A stretch of 64,000 nt of DNA from Candidatus Helarchaeota archaeon (GTDB lineage: Archaea; Asgardarchaeota; Lokiarchaeia; Helarchaeales; RDOG01), in the NCBI GenBank assembly GCA_019058315.1, contig JAHPZH010000002.1, positions 160,001 to 224,000 on the forward strand, written 5' to 3'. The position numbers were made by a program, and so were the translations under genes. Under the pieces are notes generated by a model. It had not been told where the DNA came from. It made no database searches and saw nothing but the letters and a program-made list of their open reading frames with translations. Position 1 is the first letter of the stretch. Every line of letters begins with the position of its first letter. Below are positions 38,977 through 49,629 of this stretch, piece by piece.

Positions 38977-39113
38977 GCTCCGATGGTGTAGAAAGCCGTA
39001 AAAAATGTTACTACGGTTTGCAAATCCCGGCCAAGCATAAAGGGCTTTCGATTACTTTGCTAAGGGTAAAAAGATACCCTTCGACCCGGGTTCGAATCCC
39101 GGTCGGAGCACCA
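38977..39113 (+). tRNA. tRNA-Glu(TTC) with two introns (D-loop and 37/38)
   Basis: GCTCCGA/TCGGAGC acceptor stem, CCGGG-TTCGAAT-CCCGG T arm, CCA; insertions at about 38992-39025 and 39051-39075. Confidence 0.9.
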
Positions 39114-39227
39114 TTTTTTATTTCTGCCTTTTAAATATATAAATAAGTTATTTTATAGATTATATCAACTTTTTATCTAAAATCCAAATTCCCTAGATAC
39201 AGATGATATTAAAAAGAAGGCGAATGA

Positions 39228-39452
39228 ATGAACTTTTATAAAAAGTTAATAATCATTGGAATTATTGGGGTTGTACCTATGGCAATTATTTTCGGTATTA
39301 TCATACCATGGATAGCATACGCAGCTATGTCGCTAAAAATTGAGATGCCAGAATATGGAACAATAGAATATCTAATCTTCATGCATGTAATGTGGACAAC
39401 AGATGACGAGGACCTTTATGTTTTTTTAAGATTAATTTGGTTATTGTCATAA
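39228..39452 (+). CDS. small membrane protein
   Basis: 74-aa ORF with an N-terminal hydrophobic helix. Confidence 0.5.
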   Translation: MNFYKKLIIIGIIGVVPMAIIFGIIIPWIAYAAMSLKIEMPEYGTIEYLIFMHVMWTTDDEDLYVFLRLIWLLS

Positions 39453-39604
39453 TAACAAATGAAAAATAAAAAATTCTTAATTTCAACACTTTATTCTTGA
39501 AAATGAATTTTGACGGAACAAATTGGTCTGTAATTTTTAGAACAAAGACTTTATTTTAAGAAATGATAGATAATCTTGAAAGAATATTTGCCAAATGATA
39601 AATA

Positions 39605-40825
39605 ATGTCGAAGAATCAAGAGCTGCTGGTAATCACTGCATATGGAAAGGACCGGCCTGGTTTAGTAAAAAATATTACATCCATTCTTGGTCAAAATAAT
39701 ATAAATATTGTTGATATTGAAGCACGAATTATGCGTGGTTTATTTATTATTTTCTTAATTGTTGATTTAAGTACAGGGTCTATCTCTAAAGAGGATCTGA
39801 TTAAAAAATATAACGAATTAGCGAATATAATCGATTTTGTTATCAATATAGAACCCTACAGAGAGGGGAGAAGAAAAGTTGAAAAAGAGCTTATGTTCCT
39901 AACAATTTTAGGTATGGACAGACCAGGAATTGTATTTGCACTATCTAAGTTAATGGCAGAATATAACGCAAACATTGAAAGCATTAAAATGATTTCTCGT
40001 GGTAAATTAATTGTAATGGAAGTACTTATTGATATAAGTGACTTAAAGATAGATCCAATTGATTTCAGAAAACATTTACAGGATTTATGGCAAGAATTAG
40101 GAGTCTCAGGAGTCTTTCAAAAAGAGGATATTTATCAAAAATCAAAAAAATTAATAGTTTTTGATATGGATAGCACATTAATACAAGCAGAAGTAATTGA
40201 TGAATTAGCTAAAGTTGCAGGTGTTGGTGATCGGGTTAAAGAACTCACTTCAAAAGCGATGAATGGAGAAATAGACTATAAAAAAGCATTAAAAGAACGG
40301 GTAAGTCTTTTAAAGGGGTTAGAAGAACCTGTTGTTGAGCAATTAGCTGAAAAAATTACACTTACACCTGGAGCTGAAGAATTAATCGAGATTTTAAAAA
40401 TATTAAATTATAAAATTGCTATTATCAGTGGAGGATTTAATATATTCACGAATACCCTAAAGAAAAAATTAGGCATTGACTATACCTTTTCAAATAAACT
40501 AGTCATAGAAAATGGTATTTTAACTGGTGAATTAGAAGAACCAATTATCGATGCAGAAGAAAAAGGAAGAATTATCTCTTGGTTAGCAACAGTTGAAAAT
40601 ATCTCAAAAAATGAAATTGTTGCTGTGGGTGATGGGGCTACAGATAGGTATATGTTTAATGCCTCTGGTTTAGGAATAGGATTTAATCCAAAGGATGTCC
40701 TAAAACAATTTTCTGACGGTGTAATTTCGGATAAAAATATATTTGGTTTATTATACGCCCTAGGAATACCAGAAAAAGAGTTAAAGAGATTGATAAATTC
40801 AGTTAATAATAAAAATCACAAATAA
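39605..40825 (+). CDS. serB: phosphoserine phosphatase with two ACT domains
   Basis: G.DRPG twice, FDMDSTLI..EVIDELA, ISGGF, AVGDGATD. Confidence 0.95.
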   Translation: MSKNQELLVITAYGKDRPGLVKNITSILGQNNINIVDIEARIMRGLFIIFLIVDLSTGSISKEDLIKKYNELANIIDFVINIEPYREGRRKVEKELMFLTILGMDRPGIVFALSKLMAEYNANIESIKMISRGKLIVMEVLIDISDLKIDPIDFRKHLQDLWQELGVSGVFQKEDIYQKSKKLIVFDMDSTLIQAEVIDELAKVAGVGDRVKELTSKAMNGEIDYKKALKERVSLLKGLEEPVVEQLAEKITLTPGAEELIEILKILNYKIAIISGGFNIFTNTLKKKLGIDYTFSNKLVIENGILTGELEEPIIDAEEKGRIISWLATVENISKNEIVAVGDGATDRYMFNASGLGIGFNPKDVLKQFSDGVISDKNIFGLLYALGIPEKELKRLINSVNNKNHK

Positions 40826-40859
40826 TTAATTTTATTCTTCAAATTTTAAGAAACGTGAC

Positions 40860-42191
40860 TTACTTTAATTTGTAATAATCACTTTTTGGAATATATTTTT
40901 TAGATTTTTTTTGTTTCTTTCTTAATTGAATACGTCTTTCATAGGTTTTATCAGTAAAGTAAAAAATACTATCTAATTCTCCTGATTCTGTTGGTTCTGC
41001 CATTTCTATAGTCAATTCAATAGGATGTTTAATATCAGCATTACCAGAATTAGAAATTTTTTTACCATCTTTTTGAAGGTTTTTAACCTTTTGGGTAAAA
41101 AATGTATTAGAATATTTTCCCCCCATAATAATAATTGGCATATTTTCTTTGAGATATCCATTCGTAAGTTTAATTAAAGCTATATGAGTTTCATTATTAT
41201 AATTTAGAATACTTCCTAATTCTATTAATCGGAAATGTGATAAATTTGTTGCTGATTTATGTTGATGGTCAATTTCGGTGGGACGGTGAAAATAAAATCC
41301 TGTAGTCATTCCCCTATTATAAACCTTCGCTAATTCTTTTCTCCAATCTTTTGCTTTCTTTTTAGAAAATGTTCCATTATAATAAGCATCGATTGCTTCC
41401 CGATAGATAGATGAAACCACATGAACATAATAAGGATCTCTCATTCTTCCTTCGATTTTTAGTGCATCAACTCCCGCTTCTATTATTTCAGGGATATAAG
41501 ATACCATACATAGATCCCGTGAATTCATAAACCGGACTCCGTCATAGAGAAATTCATGACCTTCTTCATCATAAACTCTCCATTCTCTACGGCATGGCTG
41601 TTCACATCGTCCTCGATTCGCACTTTTTTTATCTGTTCCAGAGCAATATTGAGATAAATAACATCGACCTGATACTGCTGAACACATCGCACCATGGACG
41701 AAAATCTCGATATCAGTTTTTATTTTTGACTTTATTTCTTTAATTTGTTTCAAAGAACATTCTCTTGCTAGAATTAGTTTGGATGCGCCCAAAGACTCAT
41801 AAAACTTAGCAGCAATAGAATTTGTTATATTACATTGGGTCGAGACGTGAAAGGGGATATTTCTTTCTATTGCTGCTTGAATGGATGCAAAATCATGGAC
41901 AATAACAGCATCTATTTCTGCTTTTTTTGCAGCATCTAAAAGTTCTTCTAATTCTTTCAACTCATTTTCATAGATTAAAATATTTGAAGTAAGATATGCT
42001 TTAATAGAGTGCTCATGGCAAATCTTAACAACGTCTTTCATTTCTTCAATAGTGAAATTTTCACTTTTCATTCGCATATTAAATTTTTTAACACCAAAAT
42101 AAATAGAATTTGCATTAGGAAGAGCAGCTTTTACAGCTTTCATATTTTTAGCTGGACATACAAGTTCGACCTTTTTTTCGATAAGTTTCAC
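40860..42191 (-). CDS. peptidase U32 family Fe-S protein (RNA hydroxylation type)
   Basis: ELVCPA, HVSTQ, LARE, EIFVHGAMC...SGRC, NRGRCEQPCR, LKIEGRMR. Confidence 0.92.
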   Translation of the reverse strand: MKLIEKKVELVCPAKNMKAVKAALPNANSIYFGVKKFNMRMKSENFTIEEMKDVVKICHEHSIKAYLTSNILIYENELKELEELLDAAKKAEIDAVIVHDFASIQAAIERNIPFHVSTQCNITNSIAAKFYESLGASKLILARECSLKQIKEIKSKIKTDIEIFVHGAMCSAVSGRCYLSQYCSGTDKKSANRGRCEQPCRREWRVYDEEGHEFLYDGVRFMNSRDLCMVSYIPEIIEAGVDALKIEGRMRDPYYVHVVSSIYREAIDAYYNGTFSKKKAKDWRKELAKVYNRGMTTGFYFHRPTEIDHQHKSATNLSHFRLIELGSILNYNNETHIALIKLTNGYLKENMPIIIMGGKYSNTFFTQKVKNLQKDGKKISNSGNADIKHPIELTIEMAEPTESGELDSIFYFTDKTYERRIQLRKKQKKSKKYIPKSDYYKLK

Positions 42192-42346
42192 TTCCTAAAA
42201 ACAAATTTGAGCTAGAATTCGAATCCTAAAATTATAAATTCTCTAATATTAAATTAACCTTTTATAGTATTAATTTTAATGTTTAAATCTAATAAAAGAA
42301 AAAATTAAAATGCGATATAAAATAATCATTAAAAGTGTGATTTCAA

Positions 42347-42877
42347 ATGCCTCTAATTGAACTGAAAGGTAAGAGACCTAAAATCCATGAAACTGCATAT
42401 GTAAGTGATTTGGCTACTTTAATTGGTGATGTTGAAATAGGAGCGAACTCTAGTGTTTGGCCGGGATGTATTATTAGAGGAGATTTTGCAAGAGTAGAGA
42501 TAGGTGAATTTTCTCATATTCAAGATAGTGTTTTAATACATGCCCATATGGCTAATACTCCAACAAACATTGGTAATTACGTGACAATAGAGAGCTGTTG
42601 TGCTATTTATGGTTCTCTAATAAGTGATTATACAATAGTTGGGACAGGTTCTATAGTTTTTGACGGTGCTACTATTGGTGAAACAGTATTAATAGCACCC
42701 AACACAATGATCACTTCTGGTCAAGTTGTTGGAGCGCGGGTTTTTATTCAAGGAGCACCTGCCGCAACTTTGAGAAAATTATCAATGGAAGAAGTAGAAC
42801 AAAATCGTGATAGGGCTGAAAGATACTCCGAAGTATTTGAGAAATTAGGTAGATGGTTGCCTAGAGAAAAAAAATAG
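42347..42877 (+). CDS. gamma-carbonic-anhydrase-like left-handed beta-helix protein
   Basis: PKIH..AYV...ATLIGDVEIG..SSVWP..IIRGD, IQD hexapeptide repeats. Confidence 0.88.
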   Translation: MPLIELKGKRPKIHETAYVSDLATLIGDVEIGANSSVWPGCIIRGDFARVEIGEFSHIQDSVLIHAHMANTPTNIGNYVTIESCCAIYGSLISDYTIVGTGSIVFDGATIGETVLIAPNTMITSGQVVGARVFIQGAPAATLRKLSMEEVEQNRDRAERYSEVFEKLGRWLPREKK

Positions 42878-43669
42878 TGGTAAAGAAGATTCTATATCAA
42901 TAAATTCAACATCAGGACATTTTAATGCTAAAACTTTTGATAATCTACTTAACCCAATAAAAATAGAATTGTAAGTCAGATCAATAAAATTTATTTCAAG
43001 AGATTCTGCAAAGCTTGCAAGAGAAAAATCTAAACCATTTCCTAAAAATAAATCGATATCATTCATTTTGGCTCTTTTCAACCAATTTGGTTGAGCTTTT
43101 TTTCCTACCAACAAAATTGACCTTTTAACTATATCATCAGTTTCATTTACGAGAAGGTATTGAAATCCTTTTAATCCTAATTTATCTGAAATCAAGTTCA
43201 ATAATAAAGAATATCTTATTTTAGATTTAAAAGGTGAACATATTCTCCCATAAGGTTGAAAAGTATCCCCTATTCTTATTTGAAAAACTCCTTCTATCTC
43301 TAATTTTAGTATTTCAGCTAAAGTCTCATTCAATCCTCCCTTCGAATAGGTCCAACTATCTGGAATTTTATAAACGAGTATATTATTTTCTATGATATGT
43401 TTATATTTTTCCAAATTTTCATCTATTAAATTTATTTTTTCCAGATTTTCGAAATCATAAAGTAATATTAAGTCTACCTTATTTTTTAAAGCCTCAATCA
43501 ATACTGTTTTATTCAGGTTTATAGTTAAAATAGCTTTTTTTATTTTTCTTCTTTTCTGTTTTGTTTCATAACTTGGACCAGTTATTAAGCATTGATCAAA
43601 ATCATTGGGATTTATTTGACTATTAGCAACTTCTCTTAAAACTTGAATAACTTCAAAAAAGTTCGTCAT
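42845..43669 (-). CDS. Nif3/YbgI-like protein (degenerate)
   Basis: FDQCLITG...IKKAIL...EA....VDLIL, GGLNETLAEIL.L, YGRI; the metal-binding His motifs are missing. Confidence 0.65.
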   Translation of the reverse strand: MTNFFEVIQVLREVANSQINPNDFDQCLITGPSYETKQKRRKIKKAILTINLNKTVLIEALKNKVDLILLYDFENLEKINLIDENLEKYKHIIENNILVYKIPDSWTYSKGGLNETLAEILKLEIEGVFQIRIGDTFQPYGRICSPFKSKIRYSLLLNLISDKLGLKGFQYLLVNETDDIVKRSILLVGKKAQPNWLKRAKMNDIDLFLGNGLDFSLASFAESLEINFIDLTYNSIFIGLSRLSKVLALKCPDVEFIDIESSLPLFFFSRQPST

Positions 43670-44132
43670 TAATAAAATCTCTTGCGAAATTAAATATGTA
43701 AATTTAATTTTTAATAATTTAATTATTCAAGCTTTTTCAGCTTAAATTTATGCCAGAATAATTTTCTTAATTTTATTTTTCTTTTATGATCTTGATTATT
43801 AATAACATGAGGATTCTGTCTATTCCTCATCCTCTTTAATTCTACCTTCAATGAGTTTTTTGATTTTGTTCGCATGAAATGCACCAATTCTTCTAATTTT
43901 TTAAATTATATAAATTTTCTGAAGACCAAAGGAAAAATAAACTATGGTTAATTAGTTAAAAAAAATATCAAATATATTTAATAGTTTAAATAAAGAAACT
44001 ATTATTTGAATAAGTAAATGATTTAAAAGTTAAATTAATATTTGATAATAATACATAATAAAAACCAATAAAACCTTCTCCATATTGAAAGTAAAATAGT
44101 TCTACGTAAATATTTTAATCAGAGGATGCCAC

Positions 44133-45473
44133 TTGGCTGTGAATAAGGAATTAGTAGCTGGTGAAGTTTTAGATTTAATTGAAAAAAGTAACTTATCTGA
44201 ACGTCAAGCTATTAAACAAATAGTTAAGAAATATAAAATAACAGATTGGAAGATCAGAGGGGGAATTCATGCATTAGTGTTTGAAATTATAAGAAAATAT
44301 AATGGTATTGATGAAATTATTAAGTATTCTTTAAAGGATAAAAAATCATTTAAACGAATTGAAATACCAATTAAGAATTTGTTGAGAATCGGTGTATACG
44401 AATTAAAATTTATGGAAATAGTTCCAGCAAAAATAACTAATGAAATTGTAGAAATTACTAAACAAAAATTTGGTAAAAATAAATCAAAATTTGTTAATGC
44501 ATTATTAAAAAATATTGAAAAAACTGATTTAAACGATATAGAGGATCATCTAAATGAGAGAAATAGACTAAGTTTTAAATATTTTCATCCAAACTGGTAT
44601 ATCGAATATTTAGAAAAAATATTAGATAGAGATTCTGTAATTTCCTTTTTAAAAGAAAATAATAAAGTTCCTCCAATTTATATTAGAGTAAATACTTTAA
44701 AAATTCGAATAGACAGATTAATTGGAATTCTAAAAAATAATAAGGTAGAATTAGAGCAAGATCCTTATTTTCCAGAAATTCTAAAAGTTACTAAAACCAA
44801 AAAACCTATGACACGACTTAAAAGTTATAAAAAGGGCCTTTTTTATATTCAAACAAAATCTTCTGCAGTTGTAACGCATGTGTTAGATCCACAAGCTAAT
44901 GAATATATTCTTGATATTTGTGCGGCTCCTGGGGGAAAAACGACCCATATTGCTCAACTTATGAAAAATACCGGAAAAATTTTGGCATTAGATCTATCGT
45001 ACAGACGGATAATGGAATTAAAACTAAAATTGAAATTATTAAATATTAAAAATATTGAATTAATTCAAACTGATTCTCTAAATATTCCTATAAGAAAGAA
45101 GGCAGATCGTGTTTTAGTTGATCCACCATGTACTGGGACTGGTGCTTATGGCTCACGTCCTTTAGCTCGATGGAAAATAAATATTAAATACTTAAGTAAT
45201 TATACTAATTTGCAATGGAAACTATTGGCTAGCGGGGCATCACATGTAAAATATGGTGGTACATTAGTCTATTCTACATGCTCAATTTTGATAGAAGAAA
45301 ATGAGACAATAGTAAAAAAGTTTTTAGAACAATATCCCGATTTTCAAATAATTCCCGCACTCCCTCAAATTGGAATGAAAGGTTTTATGGATTGCGAAAA
45401 TTGTAAGAGATTGTTTCCCCACTTACACGAGTCTGAAGGATTTTTCATTGCTAAATTTCAAAAAATAGAATAA
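44133..45473 (+). CDS. RsmB/NOP2 RNA m5C methyltransferase with an N-terminal NusB-like domain
   Basis: RVNTLK, DICAAPGGKT, LVDPPCTGTG, VYSTCS...EENE, EGFFIAK. Confidence 0.95.
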   Translation: MAVNKELVAGEVLDLIEKSNLSERQAIKQIVKKYKITDWKIRGGIHALVFEIIRKYNGIDEIIKYSLKDKKSFKRIEIPIKNLLRIGVYELKFMEIVPAKITNEIVEITKQKFGKNKSKFVNALLKNIEKTDLNDIEDHLNERNRLSFKYFHPNWYIEYLEKILDRDSVISFLKENNKVPPIYIRVNTLKIRIDRLIGILKNNKVELEQDPYFPEILKVTKTKKPMTRLKSYKKGLFYIQTKSSAVVTHVLDPQANEYILDICAAPGGKTTHIAQLMKNTGKILALDLSYRRIMELKLKLKLLNIKNIELIQTDSLNIPIRKKADRVLVDPPCTGTGAYGSRPLARWKINIKYLSNYTNLQWKLLASGASHVKYGGTLVYSTCSILIEENETIVKKFLEQYPDFQIIPALPQIGMKGFMDCENCKRLFPHLHESEGFFIAKFQKIE

Positions 45474-45500
45474 AAATAAGTTAATCTACTATAAATTAAT

Positions 45501-45998
45501 TTAGCTTCTTCTTCCCCCAAATATATCAAATAAATTTCTTAAGGTATTTTCAAAATTCTTAACTGAATTTTGGATTGTTTGACGAATTCTTTTTCTGAAT
45601 CTATCACCCATTTCCCACAAACCCCTAATAAAATTAAGAAAAAGTTGACTAAAAAGGGAATCAAGAAGTTGATTCAATTCTTCATCATCAATTTTTGATA
45701 AGAACTCAAAGAATTCAGAAAGACTCTTAAATTCAACAGTTTCGCCATAATTAGTTGAATAAACATTGTTTGAGTTTACACCATATCTTCTCATAAAATC
45801 ATATTGTTGCCTTTTTACTGGATCACTTAAAACTCCATAGGCAATATTGATTAATTTTATTCGTTCTTCTGCATCCTTGCTAGGATTTAAATCTGGGTGA
45901 TATTTTCTAGCAAGACGTCGGTAAGAATTCTTGATTTCATCAATACTAGCGTTCGAATTTACGCCTAATATATCATATAAATCGAAATCTTTTGTCAT
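45501..45998 (-). CDS. J-domain protein
   Basis: YDILGV...[15 protein letters not shown]...AY.VLSDP.KR..YD. Confidence 0.92.
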   Translation of the reverse strand: MTKDFDLYDILGVNSNASIDEIKNSYRRLARKYHPDLNPSKDAEERIKLINIAYGVLSDPVKRQQYDFMRRYGVNSNNVYSTNYGETVEFKSLSEFFEFLSKIDDEELNQLLDSLFSQLFLNFIRGLWEMGDRFRKRIRQTIQNSVKNFENTLRNLFDIFGGRRS

Positions 45999-46036
45999 TT
46001 AAATTCAAGTTTATTTTATTCAGTAATTAAATTAGA

Positions 46037-46666
46037 TCATCTATTAACTCGCGCTTCAACTATATCAAAAAAGAACTTATGTAGTCTTAAATCGCCACTA
46101 AGTTCAGGATGAAAAGCTACTCCAATTATATTATCTTGTTTTATAGCCACAATTTCTTCATTAAACTTTGCTATGACTTCTACATTAGGACCGACATTTT
46201 TTATTAAAGGGGCTCTTATAAACACTGATTTATATGGTTCGTCTCCTAAAATTGAAAGCTTTAAATCGGTTTCGAAACTTTCCCTTTGTGTTCCAAAAGA
46301 ATTCCTCTCAATATCAGCATCCAAGATTCCTAAAATTGGTTGATTTACTTTTCCAACCGTTTTATCATATACCATCTTTGCTAAAAATACAAGTCCAGCA
46401 CATGTAGCTAATGTTGGTAAGTCAGAAAGAATTTTATTCTTCAAAGCCTCCAGTAATCCAACTTTCTTAGCAAGAACTCCAATAACCGTTGATTCGCCAC
46501 CTGGAATAATCAACCCATCAATTCCTTCTAGATCATCCGGATATTTAATCCGTTTTATCACTCCATTATCAATTTTACTTTCTTTAAAAACATCCTTCAA
46601 GATTTCTTCATGAAATCTTACATCACCCTGTAATGCTAAAACTCCAATTGTAACCATTTTAAACAC
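46037..46666 (-). CDS. pdxT: PLP synthase glutaminase subunit
   Basis: GVLALQG, IPGGEST, TCAG, RNSFG.Q, FIRAP, FHPEL. Confidence 0.97.
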   Translation of the reverse strand: MFKMVTIGVLALQGDVRFHEEILKDVFKESKIDNGVIKRIKYPDDLEGIDGLIIPGGESTVIGVLAKKVGLLEALKNKILSDLPTLATCAGLVFLAKMVYDKTVGKVNQPILGILDADIERNSFGTQRESFETDLKLSILGDEPYKSVFIRAPLIKNVGPNVEVIAKFNEEIVAIKQDNIIGVAFHPELSGDLRLHKFFFDIVEARVNR

Positions 46667-46678
46667 CTTTCAGAAAGC

Positions 46679-47623
46679 CTAAATATCAGATCCCCTGACT
46701 TCCCAACGTTCACCTGTGGTAATTTCTAAATCAATTCCATCCATAGCTCTCTTTTCGAGTACCATTTTTTGTGCTTCTTTTATAATCTCAGGGTTGTCCC
46801 AGAAGCTAGTAGCTAATACTATTGCTTCTGCCCGAGTTTGAGGGTCTTCTGATTTAAAAATTCCTGATCCCACGAAAATTCCATCACAACCTAGACTCAT
46901 CATAAATCCTGCATCTGCAGGAGTTGCTATACCTCCTGCAGCAAAAATTGTAACTGGAATTCTCCCCAAATCAGCAGTTAATTTAACTATATCATAACTT
47001 ACCTTAAATTCTCGGGCATATTTTATTAATTCTTGAGGATTATTCTTTGATGCAGTAACAAGTCTTAATTGCTCTTTAATCTTATTAAAATGAATAATCG
47101 CATGTTTGACATCACCAGTACCTGGTTCACCTTTTGAACGGAGCATGCTAGCACCTTCTTCTATCCGCCTTAAAGAACTTCCTAAATCTGTACAACCATT
47201 AACGAATGGAATCTTGAAATCATGTTTCCATATATGATGTTCAGAGTCTGCTACATTAAGGACTTCACTTTCATCAATGGTATCAACACCCGCAGCTTCA
47301 AGTATTCTGGCTTCACCTATATGACCAATACGACATTTCATCATGATAGGAATAGAAATATGGGCTCTAATCTCCTCATATAACTTTAATGAAGCAGTTC
47401 TTGCAATACCTCCTGACTTCCTGATATCATAAGGAAGTTTATCTAGTAACATGACTGCAACTGCACCTGCTCCTTCAGCAATTTGTGCTTGTTCAACGTT
47501 TGTAACATCCATAATAACTCCATTTTCCTGCATGTGAGGAAATCCTTTTTTTACTGACCAAGTACTCTGAATACGGTCTTTTAAGACTAATTTTCCTGCA
47601 TTATAATCTGGCATTTTTTTCAA
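46679..47623 (-). CDS. pdxS: PLP synthase lyase subunit
   Basis: GVIMDVTNVEQAQIAE.AGAVAVM, DESEVL, KGEPGTG, AAGGIATPADA, FVGSGIFKS. Confidence 0.97.
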   Translation of the reverse strand: MKKMPDYNAGKLVLKDRIQSTWSVKKGFPHMQENGVIMDVTNVEQAQIAEGAGAVAVMLLDKLPYDIRKSGGIARTASLKLYEEIRAHISIPIMMKCRIGHIGEARILEAAGVDTIDESEVLNVADSEHHIWKHDFKIPFVNGCTDLGSSLRRIEEGASMLRSKGEPGTGDVKHAIIHFNKIKEQLRLVTASKNNPQELIKYAREFKVSYDIVKLTADLGRIPVTIFAAGGIATPADAGFMMSLGCDGIFVGSGIFKSEDPQTRAEAIVLATSFWDNPEIIKEAQKMVLEKRAMDGIDLEITTGERWEVRGSDI

Positions 47624-47747
47624 CTTCTTTTAAAATATTTTAAAATAGATTATACAATTAATTAAACCTAACTTTAATTATAAAGTTTTATGCACAAAAT
47701 CTCTTTTAAATTTACATATTTAACAATTTTGGAAAAATAACTTATAA

Positions 47748-47939
47748 TCATGAAACACTTACACTATTCTGACGAACTGTGAGTTTAACTATATATTTAC
47801 AAAAATTACATTGAACCTTTTTATTTTTAGGTTCTTTAAGGGTAACTTTATATTTTCTTCCACAGTTAGGACATCTATATTTCACGATCCAACCATTTAC
47901 TTCTTCATCAAATTCAACACTATTTTCTTCCGTAGACAT
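47748..47939 (-). CDS. small zinc-ribbon protein
   Basis: CPNCG...CNFC. Confidence 0.6.
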   Translation of the reverse strand: MSTEENSVEFDEEVNGWIVKYRCPNCGRKYKVTLKEPKNKKVQCNFCKYIVKLTVRQNSVSVS

Positions 47940-48093
47940 TTCAAGTCAATCATTATTTAATGTTAAAATTTTTCAATCCCTAAGTGATAATGAAATATTA
48001 TTCTATATATCTTTGTATCTCAAGGAAAAAAGATAAATTTAAATTTGCTTTAAACTATTTTTTCCGAACCACCAATCTTATGGTGTAATTGTC

Positions 48094-49278
48094 ATGGTAA
48101 AAGTTGCTAAACGATTAGAGAAATTTGAATATGCAATTCGAGATGTAGTTGCAGTTGCACAAGAATTGGAGAAAAAAGGGAAAAAAATTACATATTTATC
48201 TATAGGAGATACTGCAAAATATTTTGAAACCCCAGAGCATATAAAAAAAGCTTTTACTAAGGCAGCTAATGAAAATTTTAATTATTATGTTGATTCTTTA
48301 GGTATTTTAGAACTCAGAAAAGCTATTGCTGAGAGCCAAAATAAAGAATACGGATTAAATGTTTCTCCAGAAGATGTCTTAATCACAGCTGGTGTGAGTG
48401 AAGCAATTGAATTTATTTATGCAGGTTTGATTGAACAAAATGATGAAATTATCATTCCAGGTCCTTCCTACCCACCCTTCAGTTCTTACTGCCTTCTTTA
48501 TGGAGGGAAACCTGTTGAGTATAAAATGGACGAAGAAAACAATTGGCAACCTGATATCGAAGATTTAAGAAAAAAAATTACAGATAAAACAAGATCAATT
48601 GTAATAATATCACCTAATAATCCAGTTGGTGTTTTATATAACGAAAAAGTATTAAAAGAAATTATTAATATTGCTGGAGAACACGATCTCCCCATTATTT
48701 CAGATGATATTTATGAAAAGTATGTATATGAAGGCTCTTTTGTAAATACAGCTTCATTAGCAAAAGATGTAAGCGTTATTACCTTTAAAGGATTCTCAAA
48801 AACATATAAAATGACGGGCTTGCGTTTAGGTTCTATTATATACCATGACCCAAATGATAAATTAACTGATTTTAAAGAGGATATAAAGAAATTAGCAAGA
48901 ATTAGATTATGTGCAAACGCACCTGCACAAATGGCTGGAATCGCAGCCTTGACTGGACCACAAGGGCATGTAAAAGAAACAGTTAAACAACTAAAACAAC
49001 ATAGAGATTTTTGTTTAGAACGCTTAAATGAAATTGAAGGGATAGAGTGTAAAAAACCTGAAGGTGCATTTTATCTATTCCCTAAAATAAACCTTGGTAA
49101 TAGATGGAAGGACGATAAAGAGTTTGTGATCGATTTTTTAAACAAGAAACAAGTATTATTCGTTTATGGCTCTGGCTTTGGAAAAGTTTATGGTCCAAGT
49201 CATGTTAGAATCGTTTATTTAGCTCCAATCTCAACATTAAAAGATGCGATGGATAAACTAGCAGAGTTTATGAAATAA
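48094..49278 (+). CDS. class I/II aminotransferase (alanine aminotransferase-like)
   Basis: EYAIRD, ISPNNPVG, DDIY, GFSKTY.MTGLRLG, PEGAFY, GSGFG. Confidence 0.92.
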   Translation: MVKVAKRLEKFEYAIRDVVAVAQELEKKGKKITYLSIGDTAKYFETPEHIKKAFTKAANENFNYYVDSLGILELRKAIAESQNKEYGLNVSPEDVLITAGVSEAIEFIYAGLIEQNDEIIIPGPSYPPFSSYCLLYGGKPVEYKMDEENNWQPDIEDLRKKITDKTRSIVIISPNNPVGVLYNEKVLKEIINIAGEHDLPIISDDIYEKYVYEGSFVNTASLAKDVSVITFKGFSKTYKMTGLRLGSIIYHDPNDKLTDFKEDIKKLARIRLCANAPAQMAGIAALTGPQGHVKETVKQLKQHRDFCLERLNEIEGIECKKPEGAFYLFPKINLGNRWKDDKEFVIDFLNKKQVLFVYGSGFGKVYGPSHVRIVYLAPISTLKDAMDKLAEFMK

Positions 49279-49551
49279 AAGAAATGATATAAATTCAAAT
49301 TGTAAACCTTTTTATATTTCAATTTTTTTTAAATTTAATACTAAATTACTAAAAAATAAAATGAATTCTCTTTTTAACAACAAAATTAGAATAGATAAAT
49401 TAAAAAACTACCAAAATTTTGAAATTTTTTTCTTTACTTTATTCATTTTTTATTTAAAATTAAAAATTAAACTCTAATTATATATAGAATGAAATAAAAC
49501 TCTTTTTAAATTATGATGTATGAATGAATGATTTATTAAAATACGAATTAA

Positions 49552-49590
49552 AATTCCCAATGATGAAGGTGATCCCAACTGATGTGAAAT
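49552..49590 (+). ncRNA. candidate C/D-box sRNA unit 1
   Basis: C box ATGATGA at 49560-66, 12-nt guide AGGTGATCCCAA, D box CTGA at 49579-82. Confidence 0.6.
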
Positions 49591-49629
49591 ACTAACTGTT
49601 TTTAATTAATATTCATCAATACCAGGATT

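Noticed and set aside
47748-47939. Assignment as RNA polymerase subunit Rpo12/RpoP
   Set aside because: Only the Zn-ribbon spacing is similar; it lacks the CGxRIxxKxR signature and the usual gene context.
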